Assembly (NCBI GenBank): GCA_022703405.1
Contig: JAKLDT010000002.1
Coordinates: 244-64,243, forward strand
Direction of reading: 5' to 3'
Source: Bacteroidota bacterium
GTDB taxonomy: Bacteria > Bacteroidota > Bacteroidia > Bacteroidales > VadinHA17
DNA: 64,000 nt
Position numbers and translations under genes: made by a program. Below the pieces are notes generated by a model. It saw only the letters and a list, made by a program, of their open reading frames with translations, made no database searches and was not told the DNA's origin. The stretch's first letter is position 1, and each line of letters opens with the position of its first letter. This document shows, in pieces, positions 1 through 9,790 of this stretch.

Positions 1-2311
1 CCGGAATAAGTTCTGTAACGGTGTTCTTGTTTTTTGCAAAGTTTAATGCTGTCTTCCATGAGAAATCACCTTTTGTAACAGGCTCAGCATCAACTGTTAA
101 CTCAATACCTTTGTTTATAATCTCACCGGCATTAACATAATATGTTGTGTAACCTGATCCGGCAAGAGCAGGCAGTTCAATAAACTGATCCTGGCTGTTG
201 ATATTATAATATGTAAAGTCGAAGCCGAGTTTTCCTTCAAGGAATCTCCAGTCTGTACCAATCTCAAGGCTCCTGAGCATTTCAGGTTTGGCATCAGCAA
301 ATGGAGCTCTGGTATTCCTGTCAACACCACCACTAACATTGATTGAATGTGTCGGGAAAATTACATTGAAAGGCACCTCGTTGGCAACTGTTGTATATGA
401 ACCCCTTACTTTTGCAAAGCTTACAAATTCAGGAAGAGGGAGCATCTGGCTTAACACACCGCTAAGACCAATAGCAGGATAGAAGTATGAATCATTACCC
501 GTACCAGCCAGTGTTGATGACCAGTCATTCCTTCCTGACAGATCGAGGAAGATCATCTCTTTGAAACCGAGCTGAGCGTTTGCGAAAACACCCTGCTTGA
601 TAACTTTAGAAGCAAGTGTTGAAGATATTACAACGTTTGAAGGTATATTCTGGAAATAGAATTCATTAGGATACATCAGAGAGTTGGTTCCGTTATCAAC
701 TGATACACCGTCACCATAGCGTGTCTGCTGGAAGCTACCACCTGCAAGTGCGTTTACACTGAAATCGCCGAAATAGTTGTTATATGTAAAGATACCATCT
801 ACATAAGCCAGCCAGTCAGTATATTTTTTGTATGCCCACCTGCCGTTTGCTGAAACGTTTGTTGCATTTGAACCTGCCATGTGCTTCTGCTCATAAGATT
901 TGTCAGCATAGTCATAGTTAGCTCTTGCCTGGAATTTAAAACCTTTTGCAATTTCCCACTCAGCATTGACACTTGCGATTGCCCTTTTGCCAAGGTCTTC
1001 TTTTGGTTCATTGTTAAGTATCCAGTATGGGTTCGACTGATGATGGTCTTCCACAAACCAGTTCTGAAGATAGAGGTTCCTGCCAGTATTGAATATCTGA
1101 TATTCATTCTTGTATGTATTGAAATCTTTCTGACGTGGGAAGAAATAAAGACCAGTAAGAGTGTTCAGATAGTAACCGTTTGCAGGCCTGTTGAATGACC
1201 TTTCAGAGGTAAGCATGATATTTGAGCTGATCTTAACCTTATCATTGAATAACTTTGTTGACTGTTTGAAAGTCACGTTATTCTTGTCATAGGTGTTTGT
1301 CGGGATCACACCGCGTGCACTTGTATTAGCATAAGAAAAATAAGCTGTGGTCCTGTTATTGCCACCGCTTATTGAGATGTTGTTTACAAGGTTATAACCT
1401 GTCTGGAAGAAATCCTTAACAAATTTGTCATCATAGCTTGAAAGCGGAGTTTTTGACCAGCTTTCCTTTGCATTACCTATCGCACCATAGTTGTACTGAA
1501 GTTCAGGCCATGTAAGAACACTTTCAAAAATTGTTGCTGAGCTAAGGTTAACATTAACTGCACCTTCTTTACCCTTTTTTGTTGTGATCATAACAACACC
1601 GTTTGCACCCTGGCTACCATAAAGTACTGCAGCGTTTGAACCTTTCAGAACGCTTACGCTTTCGATATCTTCAGGGTTGAGCTGTGACAGACCGTCACCT
1701 TCATCAACACCACCCCACATACCTGCCTGTGAGCCTTTCCTGTTTACCATCGGAACACCGTCGATAACATAAAGAGGTTCACTAAGGCCGCTTAGAGATT
1801 TACTTCCCCTGAGCACTGTTCTTGTTGAACCACCAGCACCAGAAGCTGCTTTCTTAATTTCAAGACCTGCTGTCTTACCACTAAGACTGTTCATGAAGTT
1901 AATATCTTTTGCCTTCATCATTTCTGCTCCTGAAACCTGCTGTGAAGCATAGGTAAGTGTTTTCTTGTCGCGCTGGATACCCAGTGCTGTTACAACAACA
2001 TCGCCGAGTGTAAGAACATCGGGAGTCATTGTGACTTCAAAACTTGTCTGGGTTCCGAGGGGAAGCTCAACAGTTTTGAATCCTATAAACGATACTACGA
2101 TTGTTGTTGCATCAGCCGGAACATTAAGCGTGAATGCACCATCAATGTCAGTGGCTGTGCCAATTGTTGTTCCTTTCACAACAACCGGGACACCTACCAT
2201 ACCAAGACCATCCTCGGAGCTGATAACCTTACCCGTGATGGTTTTTTGCGCGAACGCACCCTGCGATACTGCGAATAGCAGTAAAGCAAGTAGAATTGTG
2301 ATTTTTCTCAT
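1..2311 (-). CDS. SusC/RagA-family TonB-dependent outer-membrane receptor, N-terminal ~770 codons (ORF runs off the left edge, so it is absent from the ORF track)
   Basis: Start codon at 2309-2311 gives MRKITILLALLLFAVSQGAFAQKTITGKV, identical to the N-terminus of the 4325..7384 SusC. No stop-bounded fragment in this frame appears in the track, so the frame is open to nt 1. An in-frame GRNDWSSTL box at 515-535 matches the same box in the neighbouring SusC. Confidence 0.85.
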   Translation of the reverse strand, partial: MRKITILLALLLFAVSQGAFAQKTITGKVISSEDGLGMVGVPVVVKGTTIGTATDIDGAFTLNVPADATTIVVSFIGFKTVELPLGTQTSFEVTMTPDVLTLGDVVVTALGIQRDKKTLTYASQQVSGAEMMKAKDINFMNSLSGKTAGLEIKKAASGAGGSTRTVLRGSKSLSGLSEPLYVIDGVPMVNRKGSQAGMWGGVDEGDGLSQLNPEDIESVSVLKGSNAAVLYGSQGANGVVMITTKKGKEGAVNVNLSSATIFESVLTWPELQYNYGAIGNAKESWSKTPLSSYDDKFVKDFFQTGYNLVNNISISGGNNRTTAYFSYANTSARGVIPTNTYDKNNVTFKQSTKLFNDKVKISSNIMLTSERSFNRPANGYYLNTLTGLYFFPRQKDFNTYKNEYQIFNTGRNLYLQNWFVEDHHQSNPYWILNNEPKEDLGKRAIASVNAEWEIAKGFKFQARANYDYADKSYEQKHMAGSNATNVSANGRWAYKKYTDWLAYVDGIFTYNNYFGDFSVNALAGGSFQQTRYGDGVSVDNGTNSLMYPNEFYFQNIPSNVVISSTLASKVIKQGVFANAQLGFKEMIFLDLSGRNDWSSTLAGTGNDSYFYPAIGLSGVLSQMLPLPEFVSFAKVRGSYTTVANEVPFNVIFPTHSINVSGGVDRNTRAPFADAKPEMLRSLEIGTDWRFLEGKLGFDFTYYNINSQDQFIELPALAGSGYTTYYVNAGEIINKGIELTVDAEPVTKGDFSWKTALNFAKNKNTVTELIP

Positions 2312-2353
2312 GGTTAAAAATTAGGTTAATAATTGTTAAATAAAATCATAAGC
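2163..2353 (-). repeat. Copy A of a near-identical SusC 5' module (42-nt leader plus first ~50 codons); partner at 7236..7426
   Basis: Hand alignment of 2163-2311 against 7236-7384 gives 7 mismatches in 149 nt. The first 21 nt upstream of the ATG are identical and similarity continues to about 42 nt. Identity decays deeper into the genes. Confidence 0.85.
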
Positions 2354-2610
2354 AGACTAAAAGCCGTTAGACATTAGTCCCTAAAAAACTATTATTTAAT
2401 TATTTGACTTCCGTTTATACGCTGGGCAACAAATCCAGTTTGTATAAACTGAGACAGACCAAAATTAACAATATTTATTATCGGAAATCTTAATGAAACC
2501 TTAAGGAAATGTTAAAACAAATAGTCTGAAACCCTTAATTACTGAGGCTCTGCGATTTACGACCTAATAAATCAGAATATTTCTAAAAAATATTCGTAAA
2601 AAAAATTTTT

Positions 2611-2641
2611 ATAAAAAAAGGGTGCCCCGTTTGAGGCACCC
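2611..2641 (-). terminator. Rho-independent terminator downstream of susD-like gene
   Basis: On the minus strand, a 7-bp GC-rich stem gggtgcc/ggcaccc (2620-2626 / 2635-2641) with an 8-nt loop is followed by a T7 run (A-run 2613-2619 on the + strand). It lies 24 nt after the SusD stop. Confidence 0.65.
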
Positions 2642-2664
2642 TCTGCATATTTCAACTAATAAGC

Positions 2665-4296
2665 TTATTTCTTATCCCACCACAGTTTTGTGGTTGCCTT
2701 GTCGCCATTAGCTGCAGTGCTTTCGCCATTAAGAAGTGTGATGGCTTTGTCAACTTCAGCCTTATTGTTTGTATACTCGTTTGTCCAGTAGGTAAGACGT
2801 ACAGGAAGTGAAGTTTTTGCCACATCCGGGTTTTCACTCTCGATACGATCGAAGAGTTTCGGATAGTGAGTCCTTCTTCTTTCAGCATAAGCTTCCTGAC
2901 TGTCAGGGAGAAGACCTATCCATTTCTGGGTAATGATCTGCTCGAGCTGATATTCCTTGCTAGCTGCAGCATCGAATTTAACAGGAATTGTACATACCGG
3001 TACAGATGGAGTTGCCGGAAGAACAGTACTCTTGTCAATACCTGAAGTCATAGGAACAAGTGTACTTGTTGTATAAGGATCGCCTTTCAGGTTAACATCT
3101 GTAAGACCATTCTCAGCAAGTGATGTTGTAATACCCTGGTTATAGAGTGATTCAACAGTTCCGCCTCCCATGTTCCAGCCTTCAAGTACGCCCTCTGCTC
3201 TGAGGAAGTAACCTTCAAAAGCTCTCATGACATACCATTTAGGACCAGCTGCACCAACTACCGTATAAGGAGCTGAATGATCAGAACCAAGTTCGTCCAG
3301 TTTAAAGGTGCTCCTGTCAGCCTTTGTCTGGCCGTTCCTGATACCTTCATAAGGGAAGCTTACACCTGCCGGGTCATCGGTTGGATCCGGAGTTTTTGCA
3401 GCTGAGAAATAAGCTTTAGCCCTCGGATCGAGATAACCTTTAAGTATACTTTCCATATCGGCACTCATCCTGTATTCTGCCCATGGGCTGATGATGTTAT
3501 AGGGGTTCTGGAAGTCGGTTGATGTTGTGATCCAGCCATTGTCAGCGTTGTCAGCAATTATACCTTCTGTTATAGCTTTTTCACACTGTGTTTTTGCAAG
3601 AGCAGCATCAACATATTTAACCCTCATACCAAGCCTGAGCCTTAATGAAGCACCGAATTTTCTCCATTTGTCATAACTTCCGCCATAGATCATGTCATAC
3701 TTTGAAAGTGTGGCAGATGTTCCGCCTGCAACACCTTTCAGAAGTGTATTTGCTGAATCTAATTCTGCGAAGAAAGCTTTGTAAATATCCTGCTGCTTGT
3801 CATAAGGAACAGTTTTCTGCATGTTTCCATACTGTGAGTAAGGTATCGGTCCGAGAGCGTCGGTGTATCTGTGATAACACCATACTTTCCAGATCTTAGC
3901 CATTCCAAGTTCACCATTAATACCTGCTGATCTTGCAAAATCCTCTGAATACTTAAGCTGTGCAGCTTCACTTGCATAAAATGAGTTGAAAGCGCCGTTA
4001 AGCCAGCTGCCAACCATTACATACCTGTCGGACAGGAAGTTGGGAGTTGTTGTTGCCCAATAGTTGGCATACACATCGAAATACAGCGAATGAAGAAGCT
4101 GCATCCCGTTACCCGCTGATTGCAGGTATGATGGACCCATAACAGATTTCTTAAACACGAAACCATAAGAAGGCTGACCAAGGCTGGCAAGGGTAAGAGC
4201 CTTCGGATTTGTGTTTATATCATTAAACTCTTTTGTACAACTGCTGAGAAAAACAGCAATCAACAAAACAATAAACAACTTTGTTAGATTTTTCAT
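2665..4296 (-). CDS. SusD/RagB-family nutrient-binding outer-membrane lipoprotein
   Basis: 543 aa. Lipoprotein signal MKNLTKLFIVLLIAVFLSSC. Sits immediately downstream of a SusC gene (28-nt gap). Size and composition are typical of SusD-like proteins. Confidence 0.88.
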   Translation of the reverse strand: MKNLTKLFIVLLIAVFLSSCTKEFNDINTNPKALTLASLGQPSYGFVFKKSVMGPSYLQSAGNGMQLLHSLYFDVYANYWATTTPNFLSDRYVMVGSWLNGAFNSFYASEAAQLKYSEDFARSAGINGELGMAKIWKVWCYHRYTDALGPIPYSQYGNMQKTVPYDKQQDIYKAFFAELDSANTLLKGVAGGTSATLSKYDMIYGGSYDKWRKFGASLRLRLGMRVKYVDAALAKTQCEKAITEGIIADNADNGWITTSTDFQNPYNIISPWAEYRMSADMESILKGYLDPRAKAYFSAAKTPDPTDDPAGVSFPYEGIRNGQTKADRSTFKLDELGSDHSAPYTVVGAAGPKWYVMRAFEGYFLRAEGVLEGWNMGGGTVESLYNQGITTSLAENGLTDVNLKGDPYTTSTLVPMTSGIDKSTVLPATPSVPVCTIPVKFDAAASKEYQLEQIITQKWIGLLPDSQEAYAERRRTHYPKLFDRIESENPDVAKTSLPVRLTYWTNEYTNNKAEVDKAITLLNGESTAANGDKATTKLWWDKK

Positions 4297-4324
4297 AGTT
4301 TATATTGCTTTACTTATTTTATAA

Positions 4325-7300
4325 TTAAAAGCCGAAGTTAAGTGATACCCCATAAGTACGTGTTGTAGGTAATGGGAAAGCGTTCTCACCCTCGTAGGTA
4401 TTCGAAGTACCGATCATGATCTCCGGGTCGCAGTATTCAGCCTTGTTCTGGAAGAAGAAAAGGTTACGGCCAACAAGAGATACCCTTGCAGATCTGAAGA
4501 ATGTTTTCTGAACGAGTTCTTTTGGCATGTCATATCCAAGAACGATCTCTCTCATACGGATGTTTGATGCATCTCTTACGAAAGCTTCAGCGGTCGGGTT
4601 GTTCCTTCCACCAACGTTGTTCCAGAATGCTTCAGCATTTGTTGTTGCAGCATTTTCACCACCTGTAGGGGTTACACCCTTTTCATTTGTGAATACATCC
4701 CTGCCGAAGAGGAGAGAACCAGCTTCCCTACCAATTGCTGTATAATCCTGGATACCGCTGCCTGCTGATATAGCTTCGGTGAATGCAATAAATGAACCAC
4801 CCTGCCTGATATCAACAAGGAAGCTGAGGTTGAAGTTCTTGTATTTGAAGCTGTTATTGATACCGCCGAGCCAGTCGGGATTGAAGTTTGCAACCCTGAC
4901 AGACATACCGGGAGTGATCCTTGGAAGACCGTTTGCCGGTTCAATTATAACGTTGCCGTTAGCATCTCTCTGGAAACCTTTTCCGTAAACTTCACCAAAA
5001 GGCTGGCCTTTAACAAGCTTGTACTCCCTTATGAAGTCAGAACCGAATGAAAGTACGTCAAAACCTTCAGCAATCTTTGTAATCTCGCTTGTGTTCTTTG
5101 CCCAGTTAAGGTCGATATCCCATGAAAAATCTGAACCCTGAATAATTGCTGCACCTACAGTAATTTCAGCACCTAAGTTCTGAACGTCAGCACCATTCTG
5201 GAAGATACTTGCCACACCTGATGTAGCAGGAACAGGAGTTGCAAACAGCTGATCATAAGTGTTTGTCTTGTAATATGTGAATCCAAGTCTTATCCTGTCT
5301 TCAAGAAGTCTCATGTCGAAACCTGCTTCAAGTGATTTTGTTGTTTCAGGTTTAAGGTTTGCATTGGGTAACTGGTTACTGAGTGTAATAACGCCACCAG
5401 TTCCGACACTTGCTGTTCTGAAAAGTTTATAAGGATCAGTATCATTACCCACAATTGCATAAGATCCCCTGAGTTTCAGGTTTGTTATAAGTTCAGGCAT
5501 TGTGATAAGGTCGCTCAGAACTGCTGTTAAACCGAATGAAGGATAGAAATATGACCTGTTTGCTTCAGGAAGAGTGGAACTCCAGTCATTTCTGCCGGTA
5601 ACGTTCAGGAAGATAGCATTTTTCCATGATACTTCACCGAATCCAAAAACTGAATGAACAGCTTTCTTGCTATAACTTTCATAAGGTCTCGGGTTACCTG
5701 TGTTTGCAAGGGAGAAAAGGTTTTCAATGTTGAATACAACACCTGAACCACCAATCTGCTGGTACTCTGTGAAATAACTGTTAGCACCGGCGTTAACATC
5801 AATTGCTATATCACCCCAGGTATGCTTATAGTTCATGAGAACATCACTGTTCCATCCGTAAGATGAGCTGTTTTGTTTTTCATAACCGCCATTGATAGCC
5901 TGTGTATAGGTATCATTATAATACTTCATTTCGTAAGTATTAAATGTATTGTCAATAGCTGATCTTCCCATTATTGAAAGGTCTTTTGTAATGTTATACT
6001 TAAGACTGAACATACCAACTGTTCTCCATATATTCCTTGGCTGAAGAACGCGGTTCCTTGTCCAGTAAGCATTACCTGTACCGTTGTCGTTCCATCTCCA
6101 GTAGTGCTGTCTCCACTGTCCTGCAGCATTTTTGTATTCAAACTTCTGAATATCCTCTGTGCGGATAGTTCTTGGAAGAACATACAGATACCTCATAGGG
6201 TTGTTGAAACCTTCACCTGTTGAGAAGGTATTTTCGAATTCCTGCTTGATCATTGTGATCTTTGAGTCAAGAACAAGTTTCTCTTTAAAAGTGGTTCCGA
6301 ACCTCAGGTTAAGGTTGTGTCCATGTAGGTTATTTGATTCCACAATACCTCTTGCTTCTGTATTTGTATAGGAGAATACAGTGTTTGAGTTCTTTGTATT
6401 CATTGTAACCTGCAGGTTTGTAGCAAGTTCAAGTCCCTGCTGGAAATAATCCTTAACGTTATCCGGCTGAGCTTCATACTTGTACTGTTTGCCATAGTTA
6501 GGATCATTCGGGTCTGGTGTCCAGTGGTCAACCATCTGTCCGGCAATTTTCGGGCCCCATGAAAGAATGGCATTCGGTCCGTAAACACCGCCACCACCCT
6601 GGCCATACTCATTCTGCATTTTATCAAGGATAAGGGCTGAAGTTCCCTGGAAAGTGAATCCGAGGTCAACAAGAGCGCCTTCACCAAGACCTGCACCAGA
6701 TTTTGTTGTGATAATTATAGCACCGTTGTTTGCGCGGCTGCCATAAAGAGCAGCAGCGTTAGCGCCTTTAAGTACAGATATTGAAGCAATGTCATCAGGA
6801 GAAAGGTTGCTCATACCTCCCATCGGGATACCATCGATTACATACAGAGGCTGGCTGCTTCCTGCGATTGAACGGTTACCCCTGAGGAGAACCTTTACAT
6901 CAGCACCAACACCTGTACTTGCAGTTGTAATTGCCATACCTGCAACCCTTCCGCTAAGGCTGTTGATCGGGTTAATTGACCTTGCCTCCTGAAGCGCTGC
7001 TGTTCCTACGTTCTGTGCTGCATAGGTAAGAGCTTTAGCCTGTCTTGAGATACCAAAGGCTGTTACAACAACATCTTCGAGCGCAAGGATGTTAGGTTCC
7101 AGCGCTACGTTGAATGTTGTCTGAGTTCCAATAGGAAGCTCAACAGTCTTCATTCCAATGAAGGAAATAACAAGTGTTGCTGCATCATTCGGAACACTTA
7201 AGCTAAAGTTACCATCAACATCTGTAGCTGTACCTATTGTTGTTCCTTTCACAACAACCGGTACTCCTACCATACCAAGACCATCCTCGGCACTGGTAAC

Positions 7301-7384
7301 CTTACCCGTGATGGTTTTCTGCGCGAACGCACCCTGCGATACAGCGAATAGCAGTAAAGCAAGTAGAATTGTGATTTTTCTCAT
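4325..7384 (-). CDS. SusC/RagA-family TonB-dependent receptor
   Basis: 1019 aa. Signal peptide, then a carboxypeptidase-regulatory-like N-terminal domain (KTITGKVTSAEDGLGMVGVPVVVKGTTIGTATDVDGNFSL), a plug region (ALYGSRANNGAIIITTK) and a C-terminal beta-barrel ending in F. Confidence 0.93.
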   Translation of the reverse strand: MRKITILLALLLFAVSQGAFAQKTITGKVTSAEDGLGMVGVPVVVKGTTIGTATDVDGNFSLSVPNDAATLVISFIGMKTVELPIGTQTTFNVALEPNILALEDVVVTAFGISRQAKALTYAAQNVGTAALQEARSINPINSLSGRVAGMAITTASTGVGADVKVLLRGNRSIAGSSQPLYVIDGIPMGGMSNLSPDDIASISVLKGANAAALYGSRANNGAIIITTKSGAGLGEGALVDLGFTFQGTSALILDKMQNEYGQGGGGVYGPNAILSWGPKIAGQMVDHWTPDPNDPNYGKQYKYEAQPDNVKDYFQQGLELATNLQVTMNTKNSNTVFSYTNTEARGIVESNNLHGHNLNLRFGTTFKEKLVLDSKITMIKQEFENTFSTGEGFNNPMRYLYVLPRTIRTEDIQKFEYKNAAGQWRQHYWRWNDNGTGNAYWTRNRVLQPRNIWRTVGMFSLKYNITKDLSIMGRSAIDNTFNTYEMKYYNDTYTQAINGGYEKQNSSSYGWNSDVLMNYKHTWGDIAIDVNAGANSYFTEYQQIGGSGVVFNIENLFSLANTGNPRPYESYSKKAVHSVFGFGEVSWKNAIFLNVTGRNDWSSTLPEANRSYFYPSFGLTAVLSDLITMPELITNLKLRGSYAIVGNDTDPYKLFRTASVGTGGVITLSNQLPNANLKPETTKSLEAGFDMRLLEDRIRLGFTYYKTNTYDQLFATPVPATSGVASIFQNGADVQNLGAEITVGAAIIQGSDFSWDIDLNWAKNTSEITKIAEGFDVLSFGSDFIREYKLVKGQPFGEVYGKGFQRDANGNVIIEPANGLPRITPGMSVRVANFNPDWLGGINNSFKYKNFNLSFLVDIRQGGSFIAFTEAISAGSGIQDYTAIGREAGSLLFGRDVFTNEKGVTPTGGENAATTNAEAFWNNVGGRNNPTAEAFVRDASNIRMREIVLGYDMPKELVQKTFFRSARVSLVGRNLFFFQNKAEYCDPEIMIGTSNTYEGENAFPLPTTRTYGVSLNFGF

Positions 7385-7426
7385 GGTTAAAAATTAGGTT
7401 AATAAACGTTAATTGAAATCAAAAGC
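7236..7426 (-). repeat. Copy B of the near-identical SusC 5' module (partner 2163..2353)
   Basis: See copy A. About 95% identity over the first 149 coding nt plus a conserved leader. Confidence 0.85.
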
Positions 7427-7762
7427 TTAAAAAATTTTAATGATTCTTTATGCTTTATATCGTCGTATTCTTTTAATCTATATTGTTTATTATAAGCATC
7501 TTAACTAAGACCACCCACAAAATTTCAAATTCTTAAAATTTAAAAGAATAAATATATGTTAAATTTTTTTAATAAACCAAGAAAACAGGCCTGTATTGTT
7601 AAAAAAACAATACCCCACAAGGTTCAGGTACAGATATAGTATTTTTTTTGAGTACAAGGAATCAGTGCATTTTGAAATAAAATGTCATAAGATTGATTAA
7701 AATCCCAGGAAATGTGAGCCAAATCAGGGAGGACAGGAGTTTTAAAATGTGTCAGCCGGAGA

Positions 7763-8797
7763 TCAGAGATAACAGATCTTTAATTCTGCAGCTGACTTGT
7801 ATGCAGCAAGAACCAGGTCAACAGCCTTTCTTGCCTCAACTGCATCCAGCTCGAAATCGCTTCCGGATTCCACAGCCCTTATAAAAGCTTCAATATTTGC
7901 TGCATGTGGTTCATAAGGCATTGAACCAGGATCGGAGACTCCTCCGCCTCCTTTTATTGTTGAATACCTAGATATAATATCGTTATCGGCTTCAGTCATC
8001 TGTTCGAACTGCCATATCCGGAAACTGTTATCTTCCTGTATCACGGTTCCGCTTGTGCCGGTAATTTCAAGCCGTCTGTACTGACCCGGCCATGAAGCTG
8101 TAGTACCATATATAATACCCAGTGAGCCCTTTTTAAACCGGAGAATAACAGTGGCAGTGTCTTCAGCTTCTATTTCATGTCCCAGTGCAGCAGTATATGC
8201 CTGAACAGATTCCGGAGTTCCCATAAGGTACTGAAGAATATCAATCATGTGAACTGCCTGATTTATCAAAGCTCCTCCCCCGTCCATTCTTAAAGTTCCA
8301 TGCCAGCTGTTATTATAATATGCTGCAGGCCTCCACCAGGGTACAAAAACTGATGCGCAGGTTATTGTTCCGAACCTGCCGTTGTCAACAGCAGACTTGA
8401 TGTGTTTTAACGTATCATGATAGCGGTAATTGAAAATTCCTCCGAGCCTTGTTCCTGCTTTCTCATGAGCTTCTATCATTCTGTCCATGCGCTCAGCGGA
8501 AATTTCGAGTGGCTTTTCACACAAAGCATGCTTTCCGTTCCCTGCTGCTGAAATTGCCGGTTCCATGTGAGCTCCGCTGGGTGTTGCAATTGTTATTATC
8601 TCAATATCGGGTGAGGAGATCATTGAATCACTGTCAGGAAATGCCCTGCAACAGTACTTCAGGGCAAGTGCTTCGGTTTTCATCTTGTTAGTACCGCATA
8701 TCCCGACCAGGTGGGCATTCGGAAGACTTGTTATTGCCCTGGCATGAAAATCAGCAATCAGGCCAGATCCGGCTATTCCAAAATTCCAGATTTTCAT
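7763..8797 (-). CDS. Gfo/Idh/MocA-family NAD(P)-dependent oxidoreductase (cytoplasmic, no signal peptide)
   Basis: 344 aa. N-terminal Rossmann motif NFGIAGSGLIADFH, the EKPL motif (CEKPLEIS) and a C-terminal alpha/beta domain. Confidence 0.85.
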   Translation of the reverse strand: MKIWNFGIAGSGLIADFHARAITSLPNAHLVGICGTNKMKTEALALKYCCRAFPDSDSMISSPDIEIITIATPSGAHMEPAISAAGNGKHALCEKPLEISAERMDRMIEAHEKAGTRLGGIFNYRYHDTLKHIKSAVDNGRFGTITCASVFVPWWRPAAYYNNSWHGTLRMDGGGALINQAVHMIDILQYLMGTPESVQAYTAALGHEIEAEDTATVILRFKKGSLGIIYGTTASWPGQYRRLEITGTSGTVIQEDNSFRIWQFEQMTEADNDIISRYSTIKGGGGVSDPGSMPYEPHAANIEAFIRAVESGSDFELDAVEARKAVDLVLAAYKSAAELKICYL

Positions 8798-8803
8798 CTT
8801 AAG

Positions 8804-9697
8804 CTATTTCAATGCATTAACCGGTTCAATTCCAAATACTTTTGCAATTGTGAGACCATAACATTTAGCCCTGGTCTCATCCGAAACCCTGCATGCATCA
8901 AGCGCCTTATTGAAACGTCTTATATTTTCTTCAAGGGCTTCAGGTCCTTCATCAGTTGCAAAAAGTATCTTCTCCCATGCAGGCACAGCATCTTTTGGTA
9001 TATGCGCCTTACCCAGGGACTTTGTCCACCACAGGTACTGATCCCAGTAAGCGGGATCATCCTCCTTCTTGATCAGAGAAGACCCGGAAAGGTCGAAATA
9101 CAGGTTTTTGTTTCTTCTTGTTGCCTCGGCAGCCTCTTCATACCAGGGATTTCCAAAATGTGCAGCATGGATGAAAAGATCAGGATGCCTCGAGGCAATG
9201 TCAGCAAGGAAGGCAGGGCGCATGTTTGCCATTGAGCCGTCTGACAGTATCCCTGTATGCGGTGCAACCGGCATTCCAAGCTTTTCTGCCATGGCCCATA
9301 TTGTGTCATATTTCGGATCACTGTAATCCTTGCGGCCACGCGCAAAAAGTTCTCCAAGGCCTTTGAATCCCATTCTGTAAACCATGCTGATATCATCTGT
9401 CACTGTTGGACTGTCAATGTCAATCTCTGCATAAGGTATTACCCTGTCAGGATGTGCTTTAGCAAAAGCAATTCCTCTCTCAAGATCCTCCATTGGTATA
9501 AGCAGGCAGGCCATTGCATTGTGCTTTGAGTATATATCAAGAAAGGCCTTTTCCCACTCATCCGTTGCATCATAATGGACATGCGAATCTATTATGAAAG
9601 GAGGCGTTGACTTGTTGATTTTGCTATTTTCTGAGCTGCAGCTGTAAGCAAATAACAGAAACAGGGCGGAGATTATCAGGAATACTTTTCTTTTCAT
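8804..9697 (-). CDS. Amidohydrolase-family (TIM-barrel metal-dependent hydrolase) lipoprotein
   Basis: 297 aa. Lipoprotein signal LLFAYSCSS. HxH metal motif (IIDSHVHYD), and later PHTG and HAAHFGNPW motifs typical of the amidohydrolase_2-like fold. Confidence 0.7.
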   Translation of the reverse strand: MKRKVFLIISALFLLFAYSCSSENSKINKSTPPFIIDSHVHYDATDEWEKAFLDIYSKHNAMACLLIPMEDLERGIAFAKAHPDRVIPYAEIDIDSPTVTDDISMVYRMGFKGLGELFARGRKDYSDPKYDTIWAMAEKLGMPVAPHTGILSDGSMANMRPAFLADIASRHPDLFIHAAHFGNPWYEEAAEATRRNKNLYFDLSGSSLIKKEDDPAYWDQYLWWTKSLGKAHIPKDAVPAWEKILFATDEGPEALEENIRRFNKALDACRVSDETRAKCYGLTIAKVFGIEPVNALK

Positions 9698-9746
9698 ATA
9701 GTGTACTTTTTACACTTATTACTACTATTTATAATTATTTTTGCCA

Positions 9747-9784
9747 CCAAGACTCTAAGGCACAAAGGATTCACAAAGTCTTGC
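9747..9784. repeat. Inverted pair of a caagact unit (7-bp stem, 22-nt loop) just after the stop codon of the 9791..11164 gene
   Basis: caagact at 9748-9754 pairs with agtcttg at 9777-9783. The unit gcaagact is the same as the 8-mer unit of the array at 25636..25699. Confidence 0.45.
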
Positions 9785-9790
9785 TAAAAT

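Noticed and set aside
1965-2324. + strand ORFs 1965..2324 and 7158..7397 with near-identical C-termini
   Set aside because: They are antisense shadows of the conserved SusC 5' module. Their similarity simply mirrors the nucleotide identity of the two SusC genes.
7593-7613. Hairpin gtattgtt-aaaaa-aacaatac as a terminator for the 7763..8797 gene
   Set aside because: The stem is AT-rich, the hairpin lies about 150 nt from the stop codon, and no adjacent T-run follows on the transcribed strand. It is too weak to call.
8711-9235. Long antisense ORFs (8711..9235, 12869..13396, 21486..21926, 33478..33954, 39557..39991, and many shorter ones)
   Set aside because: Each lies wholly inside a longer, motif-bearing gene on the opposite strand and has low-complexity, non-protein-like composition. 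They are shadow ORFs.
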